64,000 bases of DNA from Camelus dromedarius. Taxonomy: Eukaryota. Numbering within the stretch: the first letter of the stretch is position 1; each line of letters starts with the position of its first letter. Of this stretch, positions 47,196 through 59,450 are shown piece by piece. Both the position numbers and the translations under genes were made by a program. The DNA lies in contig NC_087469.1 in the NCBI RefSeq assembly GCF_036321535.1, positions 8,618,001-8,682,000 on the forward strand. The letters are read 5' to 3'. Below the pieces are notes generated by a model. It made no database searches. It was not told where the DNA came from and worked only from the letters and a program-made list of their open reading frames with translations.

Positions 47196-49044
47196 TTGGC
47201 TTGTTTTGACTTTTCCTCTCTCTTGCCCTCAACAGCTGATGTTGCCAAGTCCTATTAAGTCCACCAGTGGGCCCAGGTGGTTCCTCACGTGGCCATGTAC
47301 CTCCAGCACCAGGGACAAATTCCTCGGAGGACGGCTAAGTTCCTGACAGAGACCCCACCAGTGCCCTGCACGGACCCTCTTCCTTCCTTTGACCATTTAC
47401 TCCACTCCCCTTGGTTGCAGGCTTGCCTCTCCTCCCAGATCTGCTGCTCCCAGATGGGACTTGACCGTCTGCCCAGGCTGTTGCCCCCTGGCCACCTCCC
47501 TGCAGGGGTGCTCCCAGCCGGCACACCTGGCCTCTCCAGGATGCATGCCCCACCCCCAGAGCCGCACGTACCCACCCACCTACGTTTCCTCCCCGTCTTC
47601 TCCACACCTAGGTCACCACCCTGGCTTCCCAGACTCTGTACTTCTGCCTCTGCTTTCCCTTCCCTCTGATGTGCCCATGTGACTGTCACATCAGTCCTGC
47701 TCCTGCCTCCATCTGCCAAAGTCACTGCAAGCCCCTCCACTGTGTGGCCCCGGCCTGGCCCCGAGAATGGCTGACCCATGTGGAACATGCACTTCCCAAA
47801 CTCAGATGGAAATTAGAAATGGCAGGTTGATCAGTGTTAATGAGGTTTAAAGAAAACCGCAACAGATCTAGGGATTGGAAAAAAAATGAAGAAGAGGCAG
47901 CTCTACTTCAAGTTTAAGTCTGCTCTACAGAGAGGAGTCTGGGGATTTTCACTGAGACACGTCACCGCCTGGGGGAGGGGGTGGGGTGTGCATGTGCTGG
48001 GTCCCCGCGGGGTGTGAGTTCTGCTTTGGAGGCTCAGAGGTGCTGACGGGCATGTGCCTTTGGCCGGGCACCTTCCCTGGTGTAGAGACCCCAGCCCCGC
48101 GCCCCCACCCGGTTCTCCTGACTGGGCCAGGAAGCTCCAAGGTTTCTCCTCCCTAAGCCAGGAAGCCTCAGAGCTGATGGCTGCTGTGCTGAGCCCCGGC
48201 TGGGGCTGTGCGGTGGCCTGAGGGTCACGAGCGAGCGCGAGGCTTGCTCTGGGATCTGGGACAGCCCCCGGGGAGCCCTGGGGACAGAGGACACTGTTCT
48301 CCCACTTCAGGAGGCAGCAGCCAGAGGGACCTCGGCAAGGATGATGAGAAACTGCTAGTAAGACAGTCAGAGAGAGCAACAGAAACGGCAAGTGACAGAC
48401 AGTGGGAGAGACAGAGACAGTCAGTGAGACTCAGAGAAGGCTCAGAAATGGCTGGGAGGGGAGGGAAGTCGGAAAGAGACTGAAAAAGAGAGGGGAGCCC
48501 AGACAGCCTCGCAGTACCCGAGAGACAGCGAATTGAGGTAGCAGGATTGCAGACAGCCACTCAGAGTCCTGCTGGAGCAGCGGCCAGACCGCCCCTGCCC
48601 CTGCTGTAGGGCACGGGATTCCATCTTCCACCCCAGAGCCCCTTCCTCCTTCTCCTCACAGTCCCCTAACTCGCTGGAAGGAGAGCAAGAGACAGCAAGA
48701 CAGGCCAAAGGGGGCCCGGCCGCATGGCCTGGACTGGTCATTGAATGCACTTAATATGCCTGTGGCTAGCTGGCTCAGAGGCCTCGGAGCCGCGCAGACT
48801 TCCACCCCAAGACCCGGCAGCGACTTCTGCCATTCCAGGGAAAGGCACCGGCTCTGGGCTCCCAGAATGCTCTAGGGTGTGGATGGGGGTGACATGGCAG
48901 GAGTGGGGGGCAGGAGGCAGATAGCCCACCTGGCCAAGCAGCCTCCCCCTGAGGGCAAAGGGAAGTCCTGGCTGTGTCCCAGCCACCACTAACCTGTGCT
49001 GACCACATGCTCGTGAGTCTGGCAGGAGCTGATGGCCCTGCTGA

Positions 49045-49200
49045 ACTGAGGCTCACAGCAGCCCCAAGAAATAAGAACTGGTGTTGCCCCCATTTTATAG
49101 ATGTGGAGACAGAGGCACAGAGGGACAAAACACACCACCCAAGGTTAGCCAGTGGGCAGAGGGGAGGGCCAGGGTCTGAAAACAGGCATCTGGACTAGAG
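49045..49200 (-). mobile_element. MIR fragment
   Basis: ccccattttatagatgtggagacagaggcacagaggg. Confidence 0.8.
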
Positions 49201-49259
49201 ATTCTACATCCTAGGAGAGAGAACGAGTTTGTCCTAGAGGGCATCCTTATTGGACTATT

Positions 49260-49497
49260 TTAGCACGTGACCGAGAGCACAGAGTGCCTGGTTCAAATCC
49301 CGGCTCTGACCCGCTTCTTAGATGTATGATCTTGGGCAGGTCACATGACCACTCTGGGCCTTAGTTTCCTTATCTATAAAACTGGAACAAAAGCACTGAG
49401 CTCCACGGTAGTGAAGATTAAATGAAATAGGGTGCATAACGTGCTCAGAAGGGTTGCTGGCGCATCATAGGTGCTCAGCAAATGAGAGCTGTTGCTA
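49260..49497 (+). mobile_element. MIR SINE, near full length
   Basis: cctggttcaaatcccggctctg...tgatcttgggcagg...cttagtttccttatctataaaa...gaagattaaatgaaata...cataggtgctcagcaaatg. Confidence 0.9.
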
Positions 49498-50179
49498 TTT
49501 TACAGGCAGGAGAGCACTGGTGGCAGAGGTGTGGCAGGGGTCCGTGAAAGAGAAGCAAGGGCCCTTAGGAAAGAGCAAGGGGGTCTTTAGAAAGACAACC
49601 GTGCCCACATCAGAGCCCTCTGGCCAGAGGTCAATTCAGGAGAAGCCCCAAATCTGGGTTCCTGGTCCTCCTGCTGCTGCCCTGTTTTATCCCCGCTCAG
49701 TGGAGAAGATGGGGCCCATCAGAGAGCCTCTCCTGCAGACACCTGCCCTGCGGGATGGGGGGTGGGAGTTCCAACAGGGCTCCTGGAAGCACGGCCTCAC
49801 CTGTTTCTACGCCCAGTGCTCCCCAGGAAGCCTGAGAGGAGATCCCTGGGCTGCAGCTCCCCGCCAATGTTCACTAGCCCACCCTGAACAGTCATTTCAC
49901 AGTCTGCCCTCCCCCAGATCCCAGGACTCTGAGACAAGAGAAATTCATTCAGTTCAGCCTAAAAGGCAGTCTCTTTGGGGACATTTGCATTTTGAAAGAA
50001 GCCCAAAGGGAGAGAACAATGCTTACCAGGAAAGACTACATTAGAATGTCAGACACTGGGGGCAGACAGCTATTTCAGTGAGTTTTGATGTGTGCATGCA
50101 TGTGTCAGTGTGCCGGTGTGGATGTGTGTGTTTGAGTGTGTGTATGGTTGTGCCTGTCAGTGTGTGCATGCCTCTATGA

Positions 50180-50180
<1 letters not shown>

Positions 50181-50217
<37 letters not shown>
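50181..50217. repeat. (TG)18 microsatellite, preceded by a degenerate TG-rich tract from about 50088
   Basis: 36-nt perfect TG run counted directly. Confidence 0.97.
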
Positions 50218-50218
<1 letters not shown>

Positions 50219-51129
50219 CAGGTATCCATTACTCCTTAAGCCAATCATCTGCCCATCTAACCATCCAACTACCTCCACTTTTGGGCCTTTTCCCTGGGCC
50301 AGGCCCTGAGCTAAGCTCTGGGGTGACAGGACATCAAACTGGTCCCTGTCCCTGGGAGAAGCCCCCTAAGTGGAGGGGGGGAAGGTGTACAGACAGGAAC
50401 AGCTGGCTGAGTTGCAGGCTTGTCCCAGGTCAGAGCAGGAGGGGGCCGTGGCGGGGCAGCAGAGCCTCACACTTGCTGATGAGGACATTGGAGCCCAGAA
50501 GTGGGATGGCCCCGGGACACCACGGACCATTGGAGGGACATTAGCAGTAAACTAGCTGTAGCTTCCACCCCCTAAAGTAATGCCTCCTACTGCCTGGTTA
50601 TCAGAGGCTATCCACATACTGTCTGAGACGTTCCCAGGGGATGGGAGGCTCACCATCCCTCCAGAGAGGCCGCTGCACTCTCAGGCTGCCCCAGCTGCTG
50701 GGTTATAGGAAACAGTCAGGTCTCTCCAACCCCTACCCTTTGGCTGGTTTTGCTTTCTCCTGGGCCTGTAGGTAACTGAGGGTAGGTGCTGTGCTTCCTC
50801 AAAGCCTTCTCTTCTAAACTTTTCTGTCCCTTCATCGGCTGGAACCCCCTCATCCTGGTGGGGAGCAGGCCATCAAAGGGACTGAATCTGGGAGCTGAGA
50901 CACCACCAGCCAGTTTGGTCAAAAGACAGGTGCCTACAAAGTCACTCTAGAGGGTGGCCAAGACTTGCATTGGGTTTTACGTCACAGCCGCAATATTCAG
51001 CCTGCAACGGGGTTTTGTGGAAGGGAGAGAGCCCAAGAGATTTCCCTACTCAAAAAAAATCAGGTTCATCGTGGGTTTCTTTCCCTTTGATTTCCCCGTA
51101 TGTAATAGTGGTACGAATTCACTCTGAAT

Positions 51130-51335
51130 AACCATTACTACCCATTTATTAACTGTTCACCATGTGCCAGGCACCATGAAGAGAGCTCCACAAGTATTAT
51201 CTCATTTAATTCTCCCAACAAAGCTAGAGGTGGGCACTGTCTATTAAAGGAAAGGAAACTGACACTTACAGGAAGTAAGGTGCCTACATGTACACACACA
51301 GCATGTGGTCACTTCAAAGCCAGAGTTTCTGCCAT
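51130..51335 (-). mobile_element. MIR SINE
   Basis: catttattaactgttcaccatgtgccaggcac...attatctcatttaattctcccaacaa...ggaaactgacac. Confidence 0.85.
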
Positions 51336-52264
51336 GAGGCTCCGCGACCTCTCAGGAGGTGGACCAGGCAGGGCTGGTCCAAGCGTCTTACCACTCACTC
51401 CTTGTCCGTCAGCCTTCTGGTCAGGAAGGTCGACACAAAGCAAGGGCTCTTTATTGTCTGGAATTTGGGGTGACAGCTGAGGAGACGGGTGGGCTGTGGG
51501 GAACAGTCCGTGTCTCTCAGTGACCTCCCTTGGCTGAGAGAGCCGGCAGGAGACACCTTGGCCAGCCTGGGCTCTGACCACCCTTCAGAGAAGGAGATCC
51601 TTGTCCTCCTGAAAAAAACACATCTCCCAGCTGAGAGGGCGGGAGGGGAAGGGAAGAGATAGACACGACTAAATCCAGCCCTTGCTCTCTGTCAGTGCCG
51701 AAGGAGGGCTCTGAGTGCCCTAAAAACTGGGTTAAAAATGGCTTGGCTGCACCTATCTTATCTGCTTTACACTGAAAGCCTTCAGCTCGTGGCAGGTTTT
51801 CACGTAGAATTTTCCTTGCTAATCCCCCTTTGTTAGCTCTGATGCCGACATTGCAATACCAACCTCGTCTGGGCGATTTGAGAGGGATTACAGACCCGCA
51901 ATCCTTCAGCATGTGGGAGAAGAATGTTTTCTCAAATCAAATTTTACACAAACCTGTTTTCAAAAATAATCAAAGTGCAAATCCCTCCTCGGGATTGAAG
52001 GGTTGGGGAAGACACTTGTCTCCTCAAAATTCAACACGGCAAACGGAAGCTCGTCCTCCTGGAAGGCGAGGTGAAGGTGCAGGGCCACCTGGCTGATTAA
52101 TGGCGTGGACCCTTCTTGTCCTCTAGACCTTCACTCTTGCTGAGCAGGGCTCTGTGACAGGAGGGAGGGTCGGAGGCTTTGGCACCGGCTGGCATTAACC
52201 ATGACCCTGTGCTCTGAGTGGTACCATGAGTAAAGCGGGGAAGCAACAGGGCAGGTTCAAATAC

Positions 52265-52500
52265 AAGTTCAACAAACATATGTTAATAGTTTATCATGTG
52301 CCGTGTACTGTGCTGGGATTGTTGGAGAACACAATGATGAATGAATTTGACTCTTGCCTTGGGGAAATCACAGCCTATCAGGGAAGGCAGCTCCGTACCT
52401 AGAGAATTCTAATACAGGGCAGGCTGGGACAGGGGCGACAACAGAGCAGCAGATGACAGAGAAAGAGATTCTTCCGCTCTCTTAGAAGGCTTCCTGGAGG
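52265..52500 (-). mobile_element. L2 tail fragment
   Basis: ttcaacaaacatatgttaatagtttatcatgtgccgtgtactgtgctggga...gactcttgccttgggg...gaaggcttcctggagg. Confidence 0.8.
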
Positions 52501-52579
52501 CGTGGGGGAACGTGGAGGGGGCTGTGCTTCTTGTGGGCTGGAACCTTGGATGTCTCAAAATGCTGTCCTGTATTGAGCA

Positions 52580-52750
52580 GAAAGAGGGCCAGCAGGAATC
52601 AGGCAGACTGGGTTCCAGGCAAGACTGTCACTAGCTGTGTGACTTCTGGTGTGTCATCACACCCTCCCAGCCTCTGCTTCATACTGTGGCATTCAGCTGA
52701 AGCAGTACCCGCCTCCTGCCAGGCTTGGTAGAACCGGCCATCTTTAGGGC
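52580..52750 (+). mobile_element. MIR fragment
   Basis: ggcagactgggttccaggc...cactagctgtgtgact. Confidence 0.55.
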
Positions 52751-53819
52751 CCCTTCCGGCTCCACTACAAGGCTTCAGAAGGTCAGGAAAAGGTAAGAAA
52801 TTGTGTAAGATGCCGCGGGCCTGTGGGTTTCATCCAGGTTGCTCCGGGCCCTGGAGGAAGGCTGTAGTCTGTGCTGCCTGGAATTTGCATTAGTGATTTG
52901 TCCTTAATGCTCTGGTGGCAGCAGCTGATCAGCTGGGACCCAAAGCCATATCCCCTCACAAATCCTCTTCCCTCCTACCAACCCCCCATCCCCTCCACTC
53001 CCATCAACATCTGGGCCCTCGCTGCAAGGTGGCCCCCAGATCGTCGTCACAGATCAGAGCTTGGTGGGTCCTGAGCCTCCCTAGTCACAGCAGCAGGGCC
53101 TTCCTTTCTTGGTCGCAGAGGGAGCTGAAGTGGGGTAGCTCTCAAGAGCCAAGGCCTTTGGCTATAAACGGGCCTCAAAATCGTATTTTGTCTGGGTTGG
53201 GGCTAGGCATGGGGAGCACTGTGGCCAAGCCATAAACTCTGTCCTTCCTTGGCTGGCACAGCCATTCCTGCCACCCACCAAACCCTGGACAGGCTGCTCA
53301 ACAGTGAGCAAATCATCCTTATGGGGGCTGATTAAAGATGGATGTGCAGTCCCTGAGGTTACTTGAAGATCAGGCTGCTCTCAAATGCATAACCCCAATA
53401 TTTTCTTCTTAAGCAATTCTTCTGCTCTTTGATGTTCTGCAGCAGCAAACAATCACATTCGGTTTGGTGCACAAGAGGGGGAGGGGGAGGAAGGAGGGGC
53501 ACAGGGAGGGGGCGCAGGGACGGGGAGAGCAAACCCAGCTCTGTCTGCCTGTTCTTTCCGGGCAAATTCAGTTTCACCATTTCATCCCTGGCTGGTCAGG
53601 AATTCAGCAAGCTGTGGGTTGTTTTCCACAGCACCAGAATCATGGGTATCCGAGGGAAGTGGTGCCAGTGGTTGGGTTTTATGGCTTTAAATGCAGAACT
53701 TCCTGAGAGTTTTGTATTTTTTTTTTTAAATTCCGTGACTCATTTGTCAATTTCCCTTTCCCAGGGTGCCCCAGGGGCTCACAGGGAGGAACAGGGATGA
53801 GCCTCAGCATTATTTGTGT

Positions 53820-53975
53820 CTAAGAGAGGAGAGAAGGATAGAAAAAGAGGAAAGGGGAGGACAGAGGGACCGAGAAGAAGATGGGGAGGAAAAAGAAGGA
53901 ACAAACAAGATGGATCAAGGTGGGGAGGAGAAAGGAAGAGCAGAGTTTATGAGAAAAGAGAACAAATGAGAAAAA
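53820..53975. repeat. GA-rich low-complexity purine tract
   Basis: aagagaggagagaaggatagaaaaagaggaaaggggaggacagaggg...gaggagaaaggaagagc. Confidence 0.75.
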
Positions 53976-54829
53976 GAGGAATCCATCCTTTATGACATGC
54001 AAAAGAGGAGGTGATGATGTAGCAAAGCCATCATGCTGGTTGGGAAATGTGGCTTTAGCCCAAATTGGGTTAAAATCATGGAAGCTCACCCACCAGGGAG
54101 CAGGGAAGACAGAGGATGCCCCGATCATTGAAACGACTGGTCCAAGGGCTGACCCCATTCTGTGGGCTCCTGGGGCTTCCATCCCTTCATCCCTACCCCT
54201 CCCAAAGAGCAGTCAAGCAAACTGTATTCAGACACAGGGGTTTTGATAACTGCTCTTCTGCTCACACCCAGGGCCTTGACCACCTGCCCTGCTTCTTGAA
54301 GCCAGAGGCCTTGCCCCAGCAGGTGAGGGGGGTCAGACACGGGAAGGGTTAATGATGGGGGCACTGCATTTGAGGAAAAGCTGAGCCCCTCATTGGCATT
54401 ATGGCTATACTGAATAAAATTACACCCTTATTTCTCCTGGCCAGACATTTGGGGAATTGGTGAGTATTTTCAAGCATCCCTTTTTAAGAGCGAAGCAGTA
54501 GGTTTCATTATCATATTTTAATTAAAAGGAAAAATCCTATTAAACAATTCCCAATGTATTGGGATTAGCAAAAACCAGCACCTGAGACCCAGTAACTCAG
54601 CATGTATGAACACAGTAACCAGACGTATTTTCCTCAGAAATTATCTCTATACCTGCCCCTCCTGTCCCAGTGAAGTAAATAGCTTCCAGCAGTTCCATCC
54701 TGGGCAGGCCCATGCTCCTCTCACTCCTTGAGGGAGGCCGTAGGAAGCCATGTCTCCTCCAGACGGGTTTAAACCCCCAAAGCTTCCTACTCAACACACT
54801 GCTGGCAAGAAATCTGCTTTAGAATGGGG

Positions 54830-55035
54830 TAGTCCCGGGCTGAAACCCTTTGGCCCCACCTCCAAGCTGTGTGACCCTAGGCAACGCCTTGATTTCTCTG
54901 AGCTTCAATTTCCTCATTTTTAAAATGTTAACTTGACATCTCCTTTGTAGGGTTGTTGAAAGGATTAGAACTTCTTTATGAAAAGAAATTGGTACAGTGC
55001 CTAAGCAGTCGTCAGGCAACAGGAGCCATTCTCAT
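54830..55035 (+). mobile_element. MIR SINE
   Basis: gctgtgtgaccctaggcaa...tctctgagcttcaatttcctcatttttaaaatg...gggttgttgaaaggatta. Confidence 0.85.
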
Positions 55036-55169
55036 TGCCTAGTATCATTTTATTTGTAGACAAGAGCGAGGAACGCCTTCCAGGAGCTCCTGATAAAACA
55101 CCTTGTCTCCTGAGCACGTGAGTCCACGTCGGTCTCTCCAATGAACTGTCCTTGTGGGTGGGTCACCCT

Positions 55170-55520
55170 TTCTCTTGCTTCTGGCCTTTGCTCATGATGT
55201 TCCCTGACTAGGAACCCACTTTTCACCCCACATCCCTGCCCACTCTGCCTGGTTAACTCCTGCTCATCCATCAACTCCAGACCTGGAAGTCGCTTCCTGG
55301 GAGAAGCCTTCCCTGTCCAAGCTGGAGGCCTGCCGCCCGCATGCCCAGGGGCCTGTGCTCACTGAGTCCCAGCCTCTCTCTCAGGGCTTCTGAGACGTCT
55401 GTGTAAGGGTCTGGTGTCCTCCCTGGAGGCTGTGAGCTCCCTGAGGGCAGGGACCAGGCCTTGGGCACTGTGGTGTTCCCCCCGTCACTGTACGTAGTAG
55501 GTGCTCCATACATAGAAACA
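55170..55520 (+). mobile_element. L2 3' fragment
   Basis: ggcctttgctcatgatgttccc...ctggttaactcctgctcatcc...ctgtgagctccctgagggcagggacc...gtagtaggtgctcc. Confidence 0.85.
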
Positions 55521-56018
55521 TGAGAGCAATGAGACAAAATGAGATACAACTGGATAAAAATGAGTAGGGAAAAGCAGCAGTGGAAGTGACAATTTCACCT
55601 GCAAACAACTTAGGGGGTCTTACCAGGACCACATGCTGAGATACAGCTTCCCCTGCAAAGGCAATGCAATATGGTTGCATTAATAGAGAAATAATCTCCA
55701 GAAAGGGTGATGGCTCTGCTCCCCTGTACAGGTAAATCACAGTGGGTGCTGCTCCAGGTCCCTCTGTACAACAGTGACCTGCAAGGCAGAGCCCTTCCCG
55801 GATGGTGAGGGGACCCCATCCTCATGTACTGAGACATGGCGGAGGGTCTGAGGATGTTAGCTCTGCAGAGGTACTTTGGCCCCACCCACCCACCCAAAGG
55901 GCTCTCTTCAAGCTGAGCTGTCATGGGGCAAGGCAGGGACTGGATGTGTTCTTGGTGGCTCCAGGGGGAGACCCTAAATCAATCAGCGCATATTATGGGA
56001 AGGCAGATTTGTTCTGCA

Positions 56019-56110
56019 TGGGGTGATGAACCAACCAGTTTGCCCTGGACTGTCTCAGTTTTAGTCCTGAAAGTCCCACATCTGAGAAACCCCTGAGTCC
56101 TGGGCAAAAC
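56019..56110 (+). mobile_element. MER81-like hAT-Blackjack fossil, right end missing
   Basis: ccagtttgccctggactgtctcagttttagtcctgaaagtcccacatctgagaaacccctgagtcctgggcaaa follows the MER81 consensus as recalled. Confidence 0.8.
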
Positions 56111-56605
56111 TCTCTGTCCCCTAGCACTAATTGACTTTATATTTCTATAGACTTGCCTGTTCTGGACATTTGACATAAATGAAATCATATAATATGTGGT
56201 ATTTTTGACTGTTTTTTTTCACTTAGCATCATGTTTCAAGTTTCATCTATGTGGTAGCTTGAATCAGTAGCTCATTTCTTTTTATAGCCAAATAATATTC
56301 CATTTGGATGGATAGACTACATTATCTATCNNNNNNNNNNNNNNNNNNNNNNNNNNNNNNNNNNNNNNNNNNNNNNNNNNNNNNNNNNNNNNNNNNNNNN
56401 NNNNNNNNNNNNNNNNNNNNNNNNNNNNNNNNNNNNNNNNNNNNNNNNNNNNNNNNNNATGTTTAACCATTTGAGGAACTGACTGTTCTTCCAAGTGGCT
56501 GCACCATTTTATATTCCCACCAGCAGTGTGTGAGGGTTCTGACCTCTCCACATCCTTGACATGGTATTATCTGTCTTTTAAAGGATAGTCATCCTAGCAG
56601 GCGTG
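56111..56605 (-). mobile_element. L1MB-like fragment spanning the N run
   Basis: ttgcctgttctggacatttgacataaatgaaatcatataatatgtgg...atattccatttggatggatagac [N] atgtttaaccatttgaggaactg...gctgcaccattttatattcccaccagcagtg. Confidence 0.9.
56331..56458. other. N run (128 nt) inside an L1 fragment
   Basis: Counted directly; L1 sequence is colinear on both sides. Confidence 0.99.
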
Positions 56606-57659
56606 GCCGGCACTTTTAACAGTCAGAGCCCCGAGGAAATGAACCAGGCTACCCACAAAGTGGTGAGACCCCTGACGTCACAAGTATCCCAGGAGAGCCA
56701 GATGAGCTGGGAGAAGGGCTGCCTGCGTTGGCTGGGGGTTTGGATGAAAACAGGTCTAAAAGTCTTTGGCTTTGTTTCCCCACTCCTGCAGGTGAGGGGA
56801 TTGGAGGAAGTTTCGGGAAGGGGGACAGATGGTGAAGGAATCTAAATGCAAGCTGGGGGGAGGGTGCAGACCCTCCCGCTTGCTGCACCCTGATTCTGCC
56901 GTGGGTTTGCTGTGGGAAGCAGAAATGGCTCAGGTGTGGCTGGCGGGGGCGCGGGCCGCTGCCCAGCATGGGAGAATTGGCAGTGGTGGCAGAGATCCCA
57001 GGAACTGCGGCTACCACCCTGCCCTTGCCACCACCCCCTACCTCCTGCCTGCTTTTCATGGGGCTCTGCTGCCCATCTGCTCCTCTTCCCTTTGACACCT
57101 GGCCTTTCTGTTTCTATCTTGTCACCACAGAAAGGACTTTTCAGCTAACACAGGAATGTTCTCTCATGAAGAAGTGAGCAGCCCAGGCAGGGTGCTCCAG
57201 GCTGGGTGGGTGGGGGTGGGCAGTTGTCGGGAAAGCCTCAGAGGCGGTGGCTGCATCTCGTTTGGCTGTCACAGTCTTAAATACACAGCATAACCATGGC
57301 TCAGTTTTCAGTGCCTGGGCTGTGGCAGTGGCTCTCTCCTTCCTAATTTCTTCCTCACCCCCTTCCCACACACACGTAAAACCCATATCCCAGCCACTGA
57401 TGGACGAAGGGCTCTTCCCTGCCCCGCAGCCCATTCAATTGCTAAGCAACTCACCACCGTTGTTATCCTAACCCGCTGTTGGCAGGGAACCCTGACATCT
57501 GAGATCTTGTCCAGTCCTTAGGAAAATCATGGGAAGGAAGGAGGGGAGAGATTGCTGCTCTCCCTTTCCAGAAGGGCTCAGTTGATTTGGATGACTTGCT
57601 CTGAATCATCCAGGGGTAAGTGCCACGGTCAGGACTCAAAGCCAGCCTCTGAGTCTGGT

Positions 57660-57900
57660 CCATTTATCCCCTTTTCAGTTGCTCAGGCCAAAAACTTGGG
57701 CATCATCCTTGACCCCTCTCTCACACAGCTCCCTCTCACCCATCAGAAAATCCTCCTCATTCTATCTTCAAAATAGGTATTTAACCTGATCACTTCTCAT
57801 CCCCACACCATGGCCCAAACCACCATTTTCTCTCACATACATCTCTTCCCTGTGTCTTCCTGCAACCCCTCACTGGCCTCCAAAACAGGCCAGCCACACT
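57660..57900 (+). mobile_element. L2 internal fragment
   Basis: cagttgctcaggccaaaaacttgggcatcatccttgacccctctct...atcttcaaaata. Confidence 0.8.
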
Positions 57901-59029
57901 CCTGCTTCTTCCTTTGTGTCTGTGTTTTAACTTTCTTCTCCATTCTCATTTTCCCCTAATACACTGCAAGGCTAGAGCTGCAACTCACTGAGATGTGCCA
58001 CGTAACCCAGATGAGATTTGCTTCCTGCTGTGTGTGTGCGTGTGCATGTGTGCACCCGTGTGTCCATGAGCACATACGTATGTGCTCTGGCTTCAACCAA
58101 AAGTATATGAAACCCAGGCACAGAGCCATAACTCTCATCCAAAGCTTATTTATCCTGCCCCTACTTTTTTTCTATAGAGAGAGGGGAATACACACATTGC
58201 ATCCTGTAGCTAACCAGGTTAGAACCACTCCAACTGGCAAGATGAGATTGCATGTTTCCAGTAGGGGCAAGGCTACATCTCAGTTCCCCTGCCATCCTGC
58301 CAAGTAATTTGGGTCTGATCAGATGCCAGGACTGGGAGCTTGTTGACCCAGGGGTCCCAGACAGAGATCACTGTGACACAGATGGCTAAGTACCACCTTC
58401 TCCCCACCCCGTAACAATGAGGCTGATCACTCCGAAGGCTGCAGGACTGCTGGGGAGGGGGGCAACGCCAGCCTTAGCTCTTTATCTTTCAAGTCTCATT
58501 TCAGCATCCTCTGCGATCACATTAGTGCGAGAATGCCTCTTATGGTTAGTTGTCTTCATCCAAGATGAGGATTTAATGACCTCCCTGGTGTCTCATGCAC
58601 GCATACACCCAGCTCCCCTGCCCCTGCCCTGCCAGCAGACACCCACTCTGCCTCCACACACAGCTGCGTGTGACTATAGCAGCCTTCCCATGTGACCTGG
58701 CCGGCAGGTACTGAAGGGGAGGCTTTTTAATTGTCTAGGAAGGGATGCAGTGTGTGGGGTCAGCATCAGCCTTACAGTGAGAGATCAGAACCTCCTTAAA
58801 CTCCCAGATGGGAGGGTCCTACCTGGGAAGAGGGAGACAGATTTGGAGGAGAGATGACAGGCTGAGGCTGGGGGAAAGGACAGTAGCATCACTGATTGCT
58901 GATTCCTGGCCTAGGACTCGAACGGAGCTGAGGCTGAGGGTGTGACCTTGCCCTACAACCAGCCCTATGCCTCATTCCAGGACGTGCCACCCCCATGGAA
59001 CTACAGGAGGAAGGAAACAAGAAATTACT

Positions 59030-59180
59030 GCTTATCACTCACAGTTAGGCTCTTCGTGGGCTGTGAAGAGGTATTATTGAGTCCATTTTACCAATGAGGT
59101 AAACTGAGGCTTGGAAGCCTAACGTTACATAGCTGGGAAGTGGCAGAGCTAGGATTCCAACCCATGTCTTTGGCTGCCAA
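59030..59180 (-). mobile_element. MIR SINE
   Basis: ccattttaccaatgaggtaaactgaggcttgg...gtggcagagctaggattccaaccca. Confidence 0.85.
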
Positions 59181-59289
59181 GCCAGTGCCCTCCTGCCACA
59201 CGCCCCCTGCCTCTCTCTCTCCAGCAGTACCTTTCCCCACTCCACCAGTCCTTCCTCTGAACTCCTCTGGGTTCACTCCACCTCCCACT

Positions 59290-59450
59290 TAGTCTACACC
59301 ATTGCACTTGAACTGTTTCTGATTTGTAAGCCCCACCCCCCAACCCCAATAAATCATAAACTCCTAAAGGGCAGAAGCCATGACTTGGGGTCCTGTTGTA
59401 TCTGAGTCTAGCTCTTTTGGGACGCCATAGTGCTGTTCACCAAGCAGATT
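59290..59450 (+). mobile_element. L2 tail fragment
   Basis: cataaactcctaaagggcagaagcc...gtatctgagtctagc...catagtgctgttcac. Confidence 0.55.

Noticed and set aside
48180-48860. Possible CpG-island promoter
   Set aside because: Manual count is about 25 CpGs in about 680 bp of GC-rich DNA, clearly below island-level observed/expected; no promoter or first-exon evidence.
49454-50044. Longest ORF in the track (196 aa)
   Set aside because: Non-ATG start inside a MIR tail; no recognisable domain; composition typical of a chance open frame in GC-rich DNA.
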